Source of the DNA: Lingula anatina
Lineage: Eukaryota; Animalia; Brachiopoda
Direction of reading: 5' to 3'
Assembly: GCA_051362555.1 (NCBI GenBank)
Contig: CM120640.1
Coordinates: 34,863,967 to 34,927,966 of the forward strand
DNA length: 64,000 nucleotides
The position numbers and the translations under genes are program-made. Of the stretch, positions 10,217 to 22,418 are shown piece after piece (position 1 is the first letter of the stretch; every line of letters begins with the position of its first letter). The notes under the pieces are model-generated. The model was not told the origin of the DNA. It saw only the letters and a list, made by a program, of their open reading frames with translations, and did no database searches.

Positions 10217-13200
10217 CAGAAGCAGTTCACCAGAAGCAGTTCATACAGAGGCAGTTCACCAGCATAGCACTAAGCGCATATGCTCGCCAGAGTATCTTGG
10301 TTTTACGAGAAAATGGAGTCAGCATACAGGATATCCAACGTCAGTTGACTGACGAAACTGTCTTGTCACCGAAGCACAATATACAGATTCCTGGAAAGAT
10401 TCAAAGAGGGACACGGTCTTGCTGACCACCTGAGATCAGGAAGAAGAGTTCAGTTCAGAGATAAACAATAGGGACATAGTTAATCATGAGATGAGCAATG
10501 ACCGTGAAATGAACTCGATGCAATTAAGAGATATATTGCAAGAGCAAACAGGTAAGAGATCTAAGTAACTTTCACTTTTTAGGTTGGTTTATGCCGTAAG
10601 TTGTACATGTACTATTTTAGCAATAATGAAATCAATGTGATGCATATGGTTCTGGTGTAACTTAATTGACAGACAGTCATGATAAAGAGTCTGCTTCCTA
10701 TATATTTGTACATTTACTAAGCCAACCAATACTAGCTACCAGTATATTGTCACAACTCATTTCTCAGTGGATTCTTGTGCAAGTGTTAATTTGCTTCCCT
10801 TCCTATAGGTCTATCCATTCACCACTTTGCTATAAGGAGGTTCAGAAAGAAACTTGGATGGGCCAAGACTAAGAAAGGCTACTGCCAACTTGTGAGGCAT
10901 GCAAACAGACCCAAGAGGGTAGATTTCTGTCGACCGGCCATGGTAGGTGATGACACGTTCGACGACGTGATCTTTACTGGTTTGTAGGACTTTATAACTT
11001 TTTAACACAAATTGTATAATTACATTCACATGTTAACTTGTAACATTTAATTTCAATACACAATCATTTAAGTTGCTAATGGTCACTCGGCAGGGTTGGT
11101 GCACTAGTACACCCAGTACCAGTATAGGTTTATAATGCTACACATGGAATTATTAAAAATTATTTACTCTTTTTTTTTTTTCAGATCAGTGCACTGTTCA
11201 GATGGACTCTAATGGAAGGTACATTTTTCAAAGAGTGGTGCGAGATGCAGATGGTAATGACATCAGTGAGCCTCCCCCCTTACAACCGAGACCTAAACAT
11301 CCATATGAAATTCATGTTTGGGCAGGTACATTGCAAACCCTGAGCACTGTTGTGAAAAGAGCAGTGGCTTTGAAAAGCTGAATGTCAGTAGAAAAAAATA
11401 TGTTACATTCACAAGAATAAAGCCTGTAAGAATTAATTTGGTCATGAAACTTTATTTGTGTACATTCTGTTGTATGAAGAGCTATATTTTTGAGCATTTT
11501 TTTGTACAGTGATATTATTGTGTGTTTCAATCATGCTAAACAGCCCTACTGTTAACGAGGAACCAAGTTGAAACATATATGTTGTGATATTTTGCAGGTA
11601 CTGTATATCCAAGAGGGGAGCCACTGAAATTGCCCACCCCGGTGAAGTTGATTCCTGGTTCCTTATTCCTTATTCGGTTACTTATTCAAATGTGAAGTTG
11701 GTTACTTATTCCCGGTTCCTTATTCGGTTACTTATTCAACTTTTTTATGTTTTTTTATGATTTTGATGCTAGAATACCTGTTTCATCATACTAGCACCCC
11801 CTCTTCATCTAGATGACACCCTAAAATTGTTAAATATACCAATAAAAACACAAAATATAACCCATTCCTTATTCAAAAGTCCTGTTACTTATTCGGTTAC
11901 TTATTCCTTATTCGGTTACTTATTCCTTATTCGGTTACTTATTCAACTTTTTTATGTTTTTGACAGATAGGCCTCAAAAGGTACGGAGTTCGGTTTTTTC
12001 GAACCAGGCGCGTGTATTAGGTCCAGGTGAGTTGATTTGGATGGAAAAATCTGAAATTCTTTCAAAAACGGACTTTCTGGAGGCCTGGTTAGGCCTAGGC
12101 CTACTTATTCGGGACTTTTGCTTTTTAAGCGGGAATGGAAGGTCCGATTTTACCAGACAAGTGTCACATCATTTTCAAGATGGAGCCCCATCCGCCAGTA
12201 GAGAAAATTTCACTCTCATTGCATTTAGCCGAGCGCTACATCTCTGTTACTTATTCGATTCCTTATTCAAAGCTAAATTTTGGCGCCAAAATCAAAACTC
12301 AACCGAAAATGCCAGCGCTCACAATTTTTTTACCTTGCTACTCTTTTTAACGATCATCGGGCTATCTTCAGACCCCCAATGAGGTGACATCATATATAAA
12401 TCTTTTTTCAAAATTTCTGAAAATCTGTGTAGGCCTATGGGTTATTGTTATACCCTTCAACGCCTGCTTTGTTTCGTTTTATGCTTAGACCGTGTTAAAG
12501 ATCGTTGATATAATGACTTTTCCAATATTTAGCCTAGCATTCATTAGTAGGCCTACAGGGAGCATAGGCCTAGTGGACATTAAGTTATTTTCAATAGGCC
12601 TAATAGGCCTAGAGGTGACACAAGAAAAACATGATTTTTTACAGCAGAACCTTTTTCACTTGTACTTCCCTACTTTGCTATTTGCATTTTGACTACAACC
12701 CATACCCAAAGTCGTCTGGGAGGCAATAAGGGAATAGAGTGTTGCGCTTCTAAAGACAGCAAGGTTTCGTCAAACAGACTATAGCCTAGTTAATTTAATC
12801 ATCAACAGGTTTATACTACCTCTCCTTTCATAGTCACCTGCCATCAATTTCCGTTTTAATCAATAATTAAAACCGGTTTTATGTCTTCCCTTGATTAAAT
12901 ACTGTTTATTTATCAATTTTACTATTGTAACATAGCCTTATTTGCAGTTTATACACTTAATTTCTCACACCCTTCTAATTCATCTACTGCTTGTATATTC
13001 TTGTCTCTTCAAAATACTGTTAATCAACCTGAAGTTGAATTACAAAGAATTTCCTAAATTCATCTCCTTTTGTCTTTTGGATTTTATTGTGGGTTTATAG
13101 TTAGTCATGTGGGTGGGGAATCCCCTTTCAAAGCGAGGTTTGGGCTCTGGCGTCATAGTAAAAATGGGCATCATTGGATTTATATAGTTAGTCTTTAAGT

Positions 13201-14760
13201 GCTTTTTTGATCTCATATTTTATGGATTTAAATGGGAATCATGTCATAGTGTACCAATCAGCAGGCAGCAAGTCCACGGATGATCATTGTCACAATGACG
13301 TCAGAGCCTAAGCTCCTTGGAAAAAAGTAACCGAATAAGGAATAAGTAACCGAATAAGTAACAGGACTTTTGAATAAGGAATGGGTTATATTTTGTGTTT
13401 TTATTGGTATATTTAACAATTTAGGGTGTCATCTAGATGAAGAGGGGGTGCTAGTATGATGAAACAGGTATTTTAGCATCAAAATCATAAAAAAACATAA
13501 AAAAGTTGAATAAGTAACCGAATAAGGAATAAGTAACCGAATAAGGAATAAGTAACCGAATAAGTAACAGGACTTTTGAATAAGGAATGGGTTATATTTT
13601 GTGTTTTTAGTGGTATATTTAACAATTTTAGGGTGTCATCTAGATGAAGAGGGGGTGCTAGTATGATGAAACAGGTATTTTAGCATCAAAATCATAAAAA
13701 AACATAAAAAAGTTGAATAAGTAACCGAATAAGGAACCGGGAATAAGTAACCAACTTCACATTTGAATAAGTAACCGAATAAGGAATAAGGAACCAGGAA
13801 TCAACTTCACAGGGGTAAATTGCCCTATTCACTGGAACGATGGACAGCGTAAGGTATCAGGACATTTTAGAAGCTGCCCTTTTGCCATTCATCAGAGAGA
13901 GGTATATAAGGGCGAAATCGTGAATTAGGTAGCGCTATTTGACGACAGATGAATGCTGTTCACCTGTGCCATCTCACATCTGATCTCTCCATAACCAATG
14001 ATCTTTTTACCGCTCATGTTTCGACAATATTTTAGCCCTGGCTTGCATTATTTTAGGCTCCCACTAAGACATCGATTTATGCGCTATTTGACGACAGCGG
14101 AATGCCGCTCACCTGTGCTATCTCACAACTGATCTCTCCATAACCAATGATTTTTGTATCGTTTATATTCCGACAATATTCAAGCCATGGCTTGCAATCT
14201 TTTAGGTCCCCACAAGGACATCGATTCATGCAGGACAACGGACCAATACATACCAGTTGAGCTACTATGCAATTTCTGAGGGAAAACGGTGTCAACTGGT
14301 TCCGGACTCCACCGAAGAATCCGGACCTCAACCCGATTGAACTCATGTGGGCAGAAATGAAATACTACATTCGGCACCGAGCGAAGCCCAAGACAAAAGA
14401 TCAGCTGGCGGACGGAATTCAGGAATTTTGGTGCACTGTAGACCAAGGTAAGTGCATCAAATACATTGATCATATTCAGAAGGTAATGCCCGAAGTGATA
14501 CGTTGTGAGGGTAGAGCTTCAGGCTATTAATGTTAGTAGATAAATTATAAGGTTTGAAAATAAGGCTTTTGTAAATATGTACATAACTATTTATGATTTC
14601 CGAATTTTTCAATATTTTGTACGTGATGGCAGGTATTGCAAGGGGATGGGATTGGATGTTCATATTTATAATTTTACATTGTAAATATTTTGTATGTTTT
14701 AAATAATTTTGCATATTTTGTAAATATGTTTTGAATGTTTTTGTGTTGTTTTTATTGTGT
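10217..14760 (+). mobile_element. Intron-containing Tc1-like (DD34E) transposon, copy 2 (defective, interrupted by a foldback element)
   Basis: Same TA|CAG 5' end as copy 1 with a different flank. Exons ~10270-10551, 10809-10979, 11185-11325, 11598-13901 (split by the insertion) and 14206-14530; the spacing from QD to NPIE is 34 residues. Confidence 0.88.
11636..13816. mobile_element. Foldback-type non-autonomous DNA transposon (probably Mutator superfamily), 2181 bp
   Basis: Perfect 9-bp TSD AAATTGCCC (11627-11635 and 13817-13825). Near-perfect TIRs of about 325 bp start ACCCC(G/T)GTGAAGTTGATTCC and are built of TTATTCGGTTAC/TTATTCC subrepeats; the right arm carries an extra ~180-bp unit. 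Confidence 0.9.
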
Positions 14761-15021
14761 TTGATGTATGTATATTAGCCAGTTTTGCCCATTAGTTTTG
14801 CTGTAACGTAGGTATGGGTAATCTCACAATATCTTTTTAATGATAAAGATAATGTGACATTACCGAAACCCATTAACACTTAGTCATTCAATGCGGAGTG
14901 TCAGAAAGCTTGTAACACAACCATGAGGTGAGCGGCAAATTTCAAAAATTACTTAACCACCATTTGCAGTTGACTTTTTTAATTTTAACTCCATGAATCC
15001 TTTATTGGGATTAGAGCTTAA

Positions 15022-15358
15022 AGGGATAATAACTCTTCGTATGAGATCTATATTTCACAATAAAAACATTGTGAATAACTCATAGAAATATAATATATTC
15101 TGTTTTACCACAAAAACGGCAGTTATAGCTATTATTCTGATATCTGAGCTTGTCTTTAGACCACGTGACCTCCATTGATGGCTATACTTTGTTAAAATCT
15201 CTTAAGAGATTTTAACAAAAAACCAATCTTTTTAGAAAAAAACCAGGGACTAACTTTGAATGTAAAAATGGATTCATTAACCATTGGTTAGTATGGGAAA
15301 ATTGTTGTTTACTCCAGGAAAATTCATTTTTTGGCCGAAACGAAGAGTTATTATCCCT
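15022..15358. mobile_element. Kolobok-type MITE (337 bp)
   Basis: TTAA on both sides (15018-21, 15359-62) and a perfect 19-bp TIR AGGGATAATAACTCTTCGT. Confidence 0.85.
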
Positions 15359-15484
15359 TTAAATGTCGCTTGTGTTATTAATCAGGCAATGCAAAGGCTT
15401 TGCAACCTGAGGGGTCCCTCTGATCTGATCCCTCCGTTTCATTCCGCATTTTAATAGTTTATATATAGATATATAGGTACTCAG

Positions 15485-15486
<2 letters not shown>

Positions 15487-15521
<35 letters not shown>
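15487..15521. repeat. (GA)n microsatellite
   Basis: Direct reading. Confidence 0.95.
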
Positions 15522-15523
<2 letters not shown>

Positions 15524-15848
15524 GTAAATTTTGTAAATGAAGCTCACATACAGATCAGTACATGTCCCACATATTTACAACGTTTAAATATGGTCACCTT
15601 GGCTAAGTATACTATGTGCACCATATTCAAACTCTTCATCAAAGGTTCATCTCAACACGATAATTGTGGGTCTTAATTTCTACTACTTTGCACATCATCG
15701 TACATCTAAGACAATTCAAATAAAAATTAACAATTAAAATTTAAAAAGATCTGTAAAGCTTGGAAATTATGTAGTTGTTCCTGTTTCATCACGTTTCTGA
15801 TGTGATGAATACTGAGACCGTAGCAACCAAGTAGAAACATTGCATTAA

Positions 15849-18040
15849 CCCTCATCCACAAGGAAATGGAACCCTACGTAAACCCTGAAACCGGGCCTCA
15901 GAGGCCCAGTGTACCATGAAAATCTGACTCCCATCAAAAAACATTCAAAAATCTAATTTAATTTGAGTAAATGACTATGATCTTGTAGTATGCATAATGG
16001 AGGACACATTGGCACTTTTTGTTAGTTTGCAGGTGAAGATTTTCATGAAAAAATAAAAAAAAATTAAAGATTTGTATTTTACCACCCAAGGACTCCCCTG
16101 TGAAAAAGCTATTTATTTGACATTTGATTACCATTTCAACATCTTTTCTTTGAGGATACTTTATGAGGAATATATTGAAAGTACTTGAAAGTTTAATGGT
16201 TAAAAAATTGGGAGAAAAAAAAAAAAATAATAATAAACACATTAAAAAAAAAGAAAAATTAAAGATTTATATTCGAACACCCAATGACCCCCCTATGAAA
16301 AAGCTATTTATTTGATATTTGATTAACATTCTGACATCTTTTCTTTGAGGATACTTTATGAGGAATATATTGAAAGTACTTGAAAGTTTGATGGTTAAAA
16401 AATTGGGTGAAAAAAATAATAAAAAACACATGAAAAATAAGAAAAATTAAAGATTTGTATTGTAACACCCAATGACTCCCCTATGAAAAGGCTATCTATT
16501 TGATATTTGATCATTCTGACATCTTTTCTTTAAGGATACTTAATGAAGAATATATTGGAAATATTTGAAAGTTTGAATGGTAAAATACTGGGTATGCTAT
16601 ATAAGAAGAATTCAGTAAAAAGGCGATGGGGCCAATTTCTTGAGTTAAAAATGTAGCATTTTGACATGGAAGTGCAAAACCTACAGGTAGTAAGATGAAT
16701 ACTTGTTTTAAAAATATTCACCAAAATTTTCACCACCAAACTTTCAAATAATAACAAAATGTACATCTCTGTGCAAACTATGTAGAAAACAATGGTATGG
16801 TGACTGAATATAAAATAGGTCCTTTTCTTCATGGGAATCCAAATTTCATGGGTATAAAAATGAAGATTTTCATGATTTATTTTTCATTCTTTCACTCACT
16901 ATTTTATCATCAAACTTTTAAATATTTCCAATATATTTTTCATAAAGTATCCTAATAGAAAAGATGTCAGAATGATCATCAAATATCAAATAAATAGCTT
17001 TTTCATAGGGGAGTTATTGGGTGATAAAATGCACATTTTAAATTTTCTATTTTTCATGTTTTTTTTAGTTTTTTCACCCAATAGTTTACCATCAAACTTT
17101 CAAATATTTCCAATATAATCTTCATAAAGTAAATTTAAAGGAAAGATGTAGAAATGATCATCCAATATCAAATAAATAGCTTTTTCAAAGGGGAGACAAT
17201 GGGCGGTTAAGTGCACATTTTTAATTTTCATATTTTTTTCATGGGCGGTTAAGTGCACATTTTTAATTTTCATATTTTTTTCATGAAAATATTCACCTGC
17301 AAACTTTAAAAAAAGTGCCAAAGTATCCTCCATTTTACATACTACAATATCACAGTCATATACTCAAATAAAATAAGATTTATGAACATTTGTGGTGGGG
17401 GAGTCAAATTTTCATGGGGAGTCAGATTTTCATCATGAAAATCTGACTGGGGGAGTCAGATTTTCATGTTACACCAGTCCCTTGCTCCCTTTACCTCCAC
17501 CTGGGTGCATGAGTATACACTGTGTATGGAAAATGCAGAAAAACATTTTTTTTCTCAAAATGGAAAGTTTCGCAAAGGTAGCGCAGTCTATCAGGTATGT
17601 AATAATGATAGATTTAAACTGATATCTGCATATCAGGTGACCGATTACTCATAAATAATAATTTCTCCAGGTCTTGAATCTTTCACAGGCAGATTTCATT
17701 GACCATACTGATAGTCATAGCACACATGATATTGCTTGTGTAAAACATTTTATAGCAAAGCTATTTGAGGTAACATGGACTTATTTATCCCATGTGGAAG
17801 TAAAATTATCAAGCGACCGGGCCTCAGAGGCCCGGTTTCCAGGAAATGGGACTAACTTTTGGAAAAGTTAATTTCTACATATGTTGTAAATCATTTCAAA
17901 ACTAATTATTTATCCACTGATGGGGTATAAGTTGCTTGAGGATTACATGAAAGGAACAGGCTCAAAACCTCATGCAAACGAAGAGAGAGCAAAAGATACA
18001 TGGGTCCGGGCCTGCGAGGCCCCTGAAAGGTGATTGAGGG
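15849..18040. mobile_element. piggyBac-type non-autonomous element containing a nested foldback element
   Basis: TTAA|CCCTCATCCAC ... GTGATTGAGGG|TTAA; the GC palindrome CCGGGCCT-nnn-AGGCCC occurs three times (~15891, ~17817, ~18006). Confidence 0.7.
15906..17477. mobile_element. Second, older foldback-like element with long degenerate inverted arms containing ~190-bp tandem subrepeats
   Basis: Termini GTGTA(C/A)CATGAAAATCTGACTCCC are inverted; arm ~15906-16580 is the approximate reverse complement of ~16880-17477; no clear TSD. Confidence 0.75.
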
Positions 18041-18671
18041 TTAAACAGGGGGCACATTCGTTCCAAAAGAAAGATTTAAATCTGTGTGTTAAATGTGGTG
18101 GTGTTTTGACAACCTTTAAGGATGTTTTAAGTACCAGTATAGCTAATGGCCGCGCAAAAATTCAGTTAATCAGATTTATGTATTGTATCAATTTTGCTGT
18201 CTACAACATGAGGATGTGTAAGCAGCTGAAAAATCAATGGATCTGCTCTTAAAGACACCTTGTCAAATTTATTAAATTGCATGATAGCCCCTTTCTATTC
18301 GAGGCGAAAACATCTACGAAAACAGATAACTCCGAAGTAAATCAGTGTTATGAAATCACTATTAACAGTAAGAAATTCATTTTAGAAACCACTAAAAATA
18401 ATCACCCCATCAAATTCATTAAGCCCAATCCCCGATTATAAGAAGGGAACAAGCATCAATCCAAGTGAACACGGTTGGGATGTTGGCATTCAGCCTAAAG
18501 CAAGGTGCAATACCGCGATGTAAAAATGTGTCCATTAAGTCGGATTATAGCCCATACCAATTTACACCCTGCCGCGCTTGGCGAGGATGAACTCCAGTCT
18601 CAAAGGGTCGCCTGTTCAATAATCTACATATGCGCTCCTCCCCCTGTGTGCTTAGGCCCTGTATGAGTCCA

Positions 18672-19750
18672 GGCCCCCGTTTCACAAAGAATCTTAAATC
18701 CGTAGTTGACTAGCTAGGGCTGGGTGACCTAGCTAGGTCGACTACGCTGCAGTCGACTAGGAGTGTTTCACAAAGAATCTAACGTCTTAGCTTGATGAAC
18801 TTACCAAGGCGACTTGGTTCACGCACGCTCGTCGCTCTTGTGGTATTATGTATTTCTTAAGGAAACCAACAGAAAACCAAATTTCTCCAAAACAGAAGAG
18901 ATTATAATAGTTGAAGAGTATAACAAGCGCAAAGCTGTATTAGAGGGCAAATTTTCCAAAAAATTACTTTGGCAGAGAAGAAAAAGAAATGGGAGGAGAT
19001 AGCCACAGTAGTAAACAGGTACAGACACCTCTTTATAAGTTATCCTGGCCTGAATTTCAATGATTTATAAATTTCAATGACTTATAAATTACAGCCAAAA
19101 TCCATTTGTCATCCGCGACGGACTGGAGATAAGAAAGAAACTGAAGAACATTATGCAGAGTGGTAAGAAATTATGTGCAGCAGCTGCATGGGTCATTTTC
19201 TATGCAATTAAGTTGTGCAGTACTTATTTTCATTATTAAATTTATATGTTTACTAATTATGTTCCTTTAATGTTAATTTAGAATATTTCTCATAAATATC
19301 AATATACTAGTAGTTGTATTTGTTATTTGAGGAAGTTAACTAAGGAAACAATTTTAATAACTTATCCTTGCTTGTAGCCAAAAGAAAGAGAGATGACAGC
19401 AGGAGGACTGGTGGAGGCCCTGCTGTGACCATGTCCACAGCTGAGGACATGATCATGGAGGGCCTCCATGGTAGGCCCTCCGTGGCTGGTTTGGAATCAG
19501 GGATTGAGATGGGTTTTGAAGGGGAAACCAACCCAATAGGTAAGTACATTGGTTAATTCACAATAAAAAAACCCAATAAAATGTTCAAAGCAAACTCCAG
19601 TAACATTTTCCATTTTTGCTTTTGTTATATTATTTAATTATTAACTCTTATGTACTTATTAAGATTAAAGATAACCTCCATATTTAAATTTTAATATTGT
19701 AATTATGTTAATTCCAGACTATGCTACTGGACCCACCAGTGGTTGCACAT
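18672..19750 (+). mobile_element. PIF/Harbinger element 5' end with multi-exon Myb/SANT (NAIF1-like) gene
   Basis: Terminus GGCCCCCGTTTCACAAAG. Exons encode RKPNFSKTEEIIIVEEYNKRKAVLEGKFS..KKKKWEEIATVVN | NPFVIRDGLEIRKKLKNIMQS | AKRKRDDSRRTGGGP with GT-AG junctions. Confidence 0.8.
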
Positions 19751-19774
19751 GTAAGTACAACTTTGATGTACCCT

Positions 19775-20353
19775 TGGGCCTGGCTAAAGAAAATGGAGCT
19801 CAAAGCCTCACGGGGATGGGCGGCGCGGTTCATGGAGAGACTGGGACTCTCTTTGCGAGCACAGACCTCCGAAAATCAATCGCTTCCAAACGATTTAAAG
19901 GAAAGGTTAGAGGTGTTTTACACCCACTTAAAGGAAAAAAGAGAAGATGAGGAATACGAAGATGACTTCATAGTTATTATGAATGAGGTAATTAGTTGTT
20001 GGATTTTATTTGTTTAAATCTTTAGTTGAATTAACCTATGTCGCAGATAATTTTGATTGAATACTTAAGTGGTTTGATAAACTAGGCAACCTAATAATGA
20101 TTGCATCTACATAAATGTGTCTCACTTAGGAAGAGACTTGAGTTGTTTACTGCATTTTAATCTACGATCTCTGTAACATTTTTATTAGGTACGGATGACA
20201 TTTGATGTACTGTAGTACCCCCTAAGACTCTCGACACAAAAGGAGAGAAAGATGTCAAAATCACCACCACAGGCAGGGAAAAAAGACACTTTCTCATGGT
20301 GCAGTCCGTGGCGGCAAGTGGAACAAAACTACCAACAATGGTGATATTTAAAG
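19775..20353 (+). mobile_element. Intron-containing pogo-family (POGK/POGZ-like CENP-B HTH + DDE start) transposase remnant
   Basis: KASRGWAARFMERLGLSLR..QSLP..FIVIMNE|gtaatt..ttattag|(20189) V.MTFD..KTLDTKGEKDVKITTTGREKRHF..AASGTKLPTMVIFK|gtaaaa. Confidence 0.8.
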
Positions 20354-21599
20354 GTAAAAACTTATCCATAGAAACAAACATGACCGTAATTGTACTGATT
20401 TACACGATTCCTAATACCAAACAGGTTTCAAGAAAGGGGCGTATACAGTCGATCACATATTGGTACTTAAAACACTGATCGATAAATATTTGAATAAACT
20501 AGATACTACACTACATATATGCTTTGTAGGTTTCTCAAGTGCCTAATTACAGTATAGAGAAATGCCCTTCTATATAAATTGCAACTGGCAATGATAGGTA
20601 ATACCTTTTTGAATATGATAAATAGCATGTATAACTCAGTCTAATTTCCTGTGAAAACATCAGGGGACTAACTTATGTTATCAATACCAGCTGCGTTCAG
20701 AGCCCCTTACTTTTGTAGTGTTTTCTGTCACTGCTGAGAGGATCCTGGGATTCTTGTTGCGCATACGGGACATACCAAAGAAAAGTGCTGTCCCTACCAA
20801 ACAGACGGAACAGGCAATACTCTCAGTAAGTACCAGAAGTGTATTTGTATTTTACTGCTGTCAGAATAGAGTTAAACACTTTATTGGGGATGAGGTACAC
20901 AGGACCTCCAAGCATAAAGCTGTTGCAAGCCATTAGGTAATTTCTCCTTTGTTCGACGCCATACTGAAAAATTTGGCGGGCGGGGGTCAAGTTTTTGAAA
21001 CCTCACTGTAAGTTCTAAACTCTCGAACGTATGGTTACGGCATAGGGAACGTGGAGTATTCCTTTTTGGTTTGTTTACTTGTAAAACAGCACTTCTTGGG
21101 AAATTGACTTTCCTAAGGGGGATGTTGTTCTCGTACATCTGTTTAGGGCACGTGCAACAGCAATACTGTACTAACTTATTTCCATACCTCCTGGTATTGG
21201 TAATACTACTTCACACCACCAATCTCGTCTTTCTACACCGCCGCTATCACTTCATCTGATGAATCACATGATTCTGAAGCACAAGGTGAAAGGTTTCTTA
21301 AACAGCACTCTTTTCACACTTGTCTAAGGGTAAAAAAACATCACCCACCCTTCCAGATGATGTGGACTTTTCACATCCACCTCACATAGCACATGGTCAA
21401 GCACCGAAAATCACACCACCAGGAAAATTTAATAAAGCAATGGAAACCCGGAAAGTTAAAGCAAATTAAGAAAGAGTTTTTTAAAATCTGCCTCCAGCTG
21501 TTTCCAGCCCATTTAAAACTGCCAGTAAACTTTTCCCCACTATGATATTCCCCATCCTTAGTTAGGGTTGCGAAATATGGGTCCCTATAGTCCCAAGCC

Positions 21600-22250
21600 T
21601 AGTATGTCAAATAACCTTCTAGAAGTCCGTGACAGACCACCTGCTGTCTATATCAAAGTCTATAAAACAATCCTCAGGGTCCACAGAAGTGCATTTAACC
21701 TAGCAATTAGAGGCAAACTTGGGAGCTACCCAGTGTTGCCTAATAATAATAATATGCTTGGGCTGGAGACAAAATACTGGTTCTAGTAAATAGACTGAAC
21801 TTCCTAGGAAAAGAATCCCTGGCCACCTTAGCCCTTGAACCTGACAGGTTTGATGATAAAAGTGGTGCCTCGTCCATTTGTATTAAATATTTCAGCTCAT
21901 TTGTGAAGTTCAATCAGTGTTAGGATAAGCCATGAAGAAAAAGAAACTTAAATAATGTCTTAACAAAAATATCTGGGTTTCCCTTGAAAGAATGTGCGAC
22001 CATCAAAGGGGGGAGGCAATAACGAAAAGCAGCAAGCTGAGATCGTATATGAAATTTAAGAAAGATTTTACGACTGAAAACTAGGTGATGACCCTTGATA
22101 AACTGCGGAGGTCCACATTGTCTAAGCTAAGAATTGGCGCTCATTTGCTATATAAACCTATAACCCTACCCGGATTAAGAATATGTTTATCAATAAAGAA
22201 TCTCAATCTGTCTGTATCTGCAGTACAGCAAGCCCTGAATACCATTACCA
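21600..22250 (+). mobile_element. LINE (L2/Crack-like) ORF2 3' remnant
   Basis: KTILRVHRSAFNLAIRGKLGSYP..KYWF..SKLRSYMKFKKDF..LSKLRIGAH. Confidence 0.7.
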
Positions 22251-22418
22251 TTAACCAGGGTCCACAATCCAAAAAAAGTTATGTTGAGTCTCGCTCAGAA
22301 GCTGGGTAGTCTGTACTTCTGTACAAAATGCACACAAAACAGCCTTTCGCGATCCACACAAAATTGGCCAAGACTTCTATAAACGTACTGAATCAACTTG
22401 TTTGTAACATACAGTATA

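Noticed and set aside
11640-11960. Regularly recurring ~20-bp repeats superficially like a CRISPR array
   Set aside because: No unique spacers or cas genes, eukaryotic context, and the repeats are mirrored at 13325-13816 as foldback TIRs
11954-12382. 142-aa ORF inside the foldback element as a possible transposase
   Set aside because: No recognisable DDE, zinc-finger or other motif; probably a chance ORF
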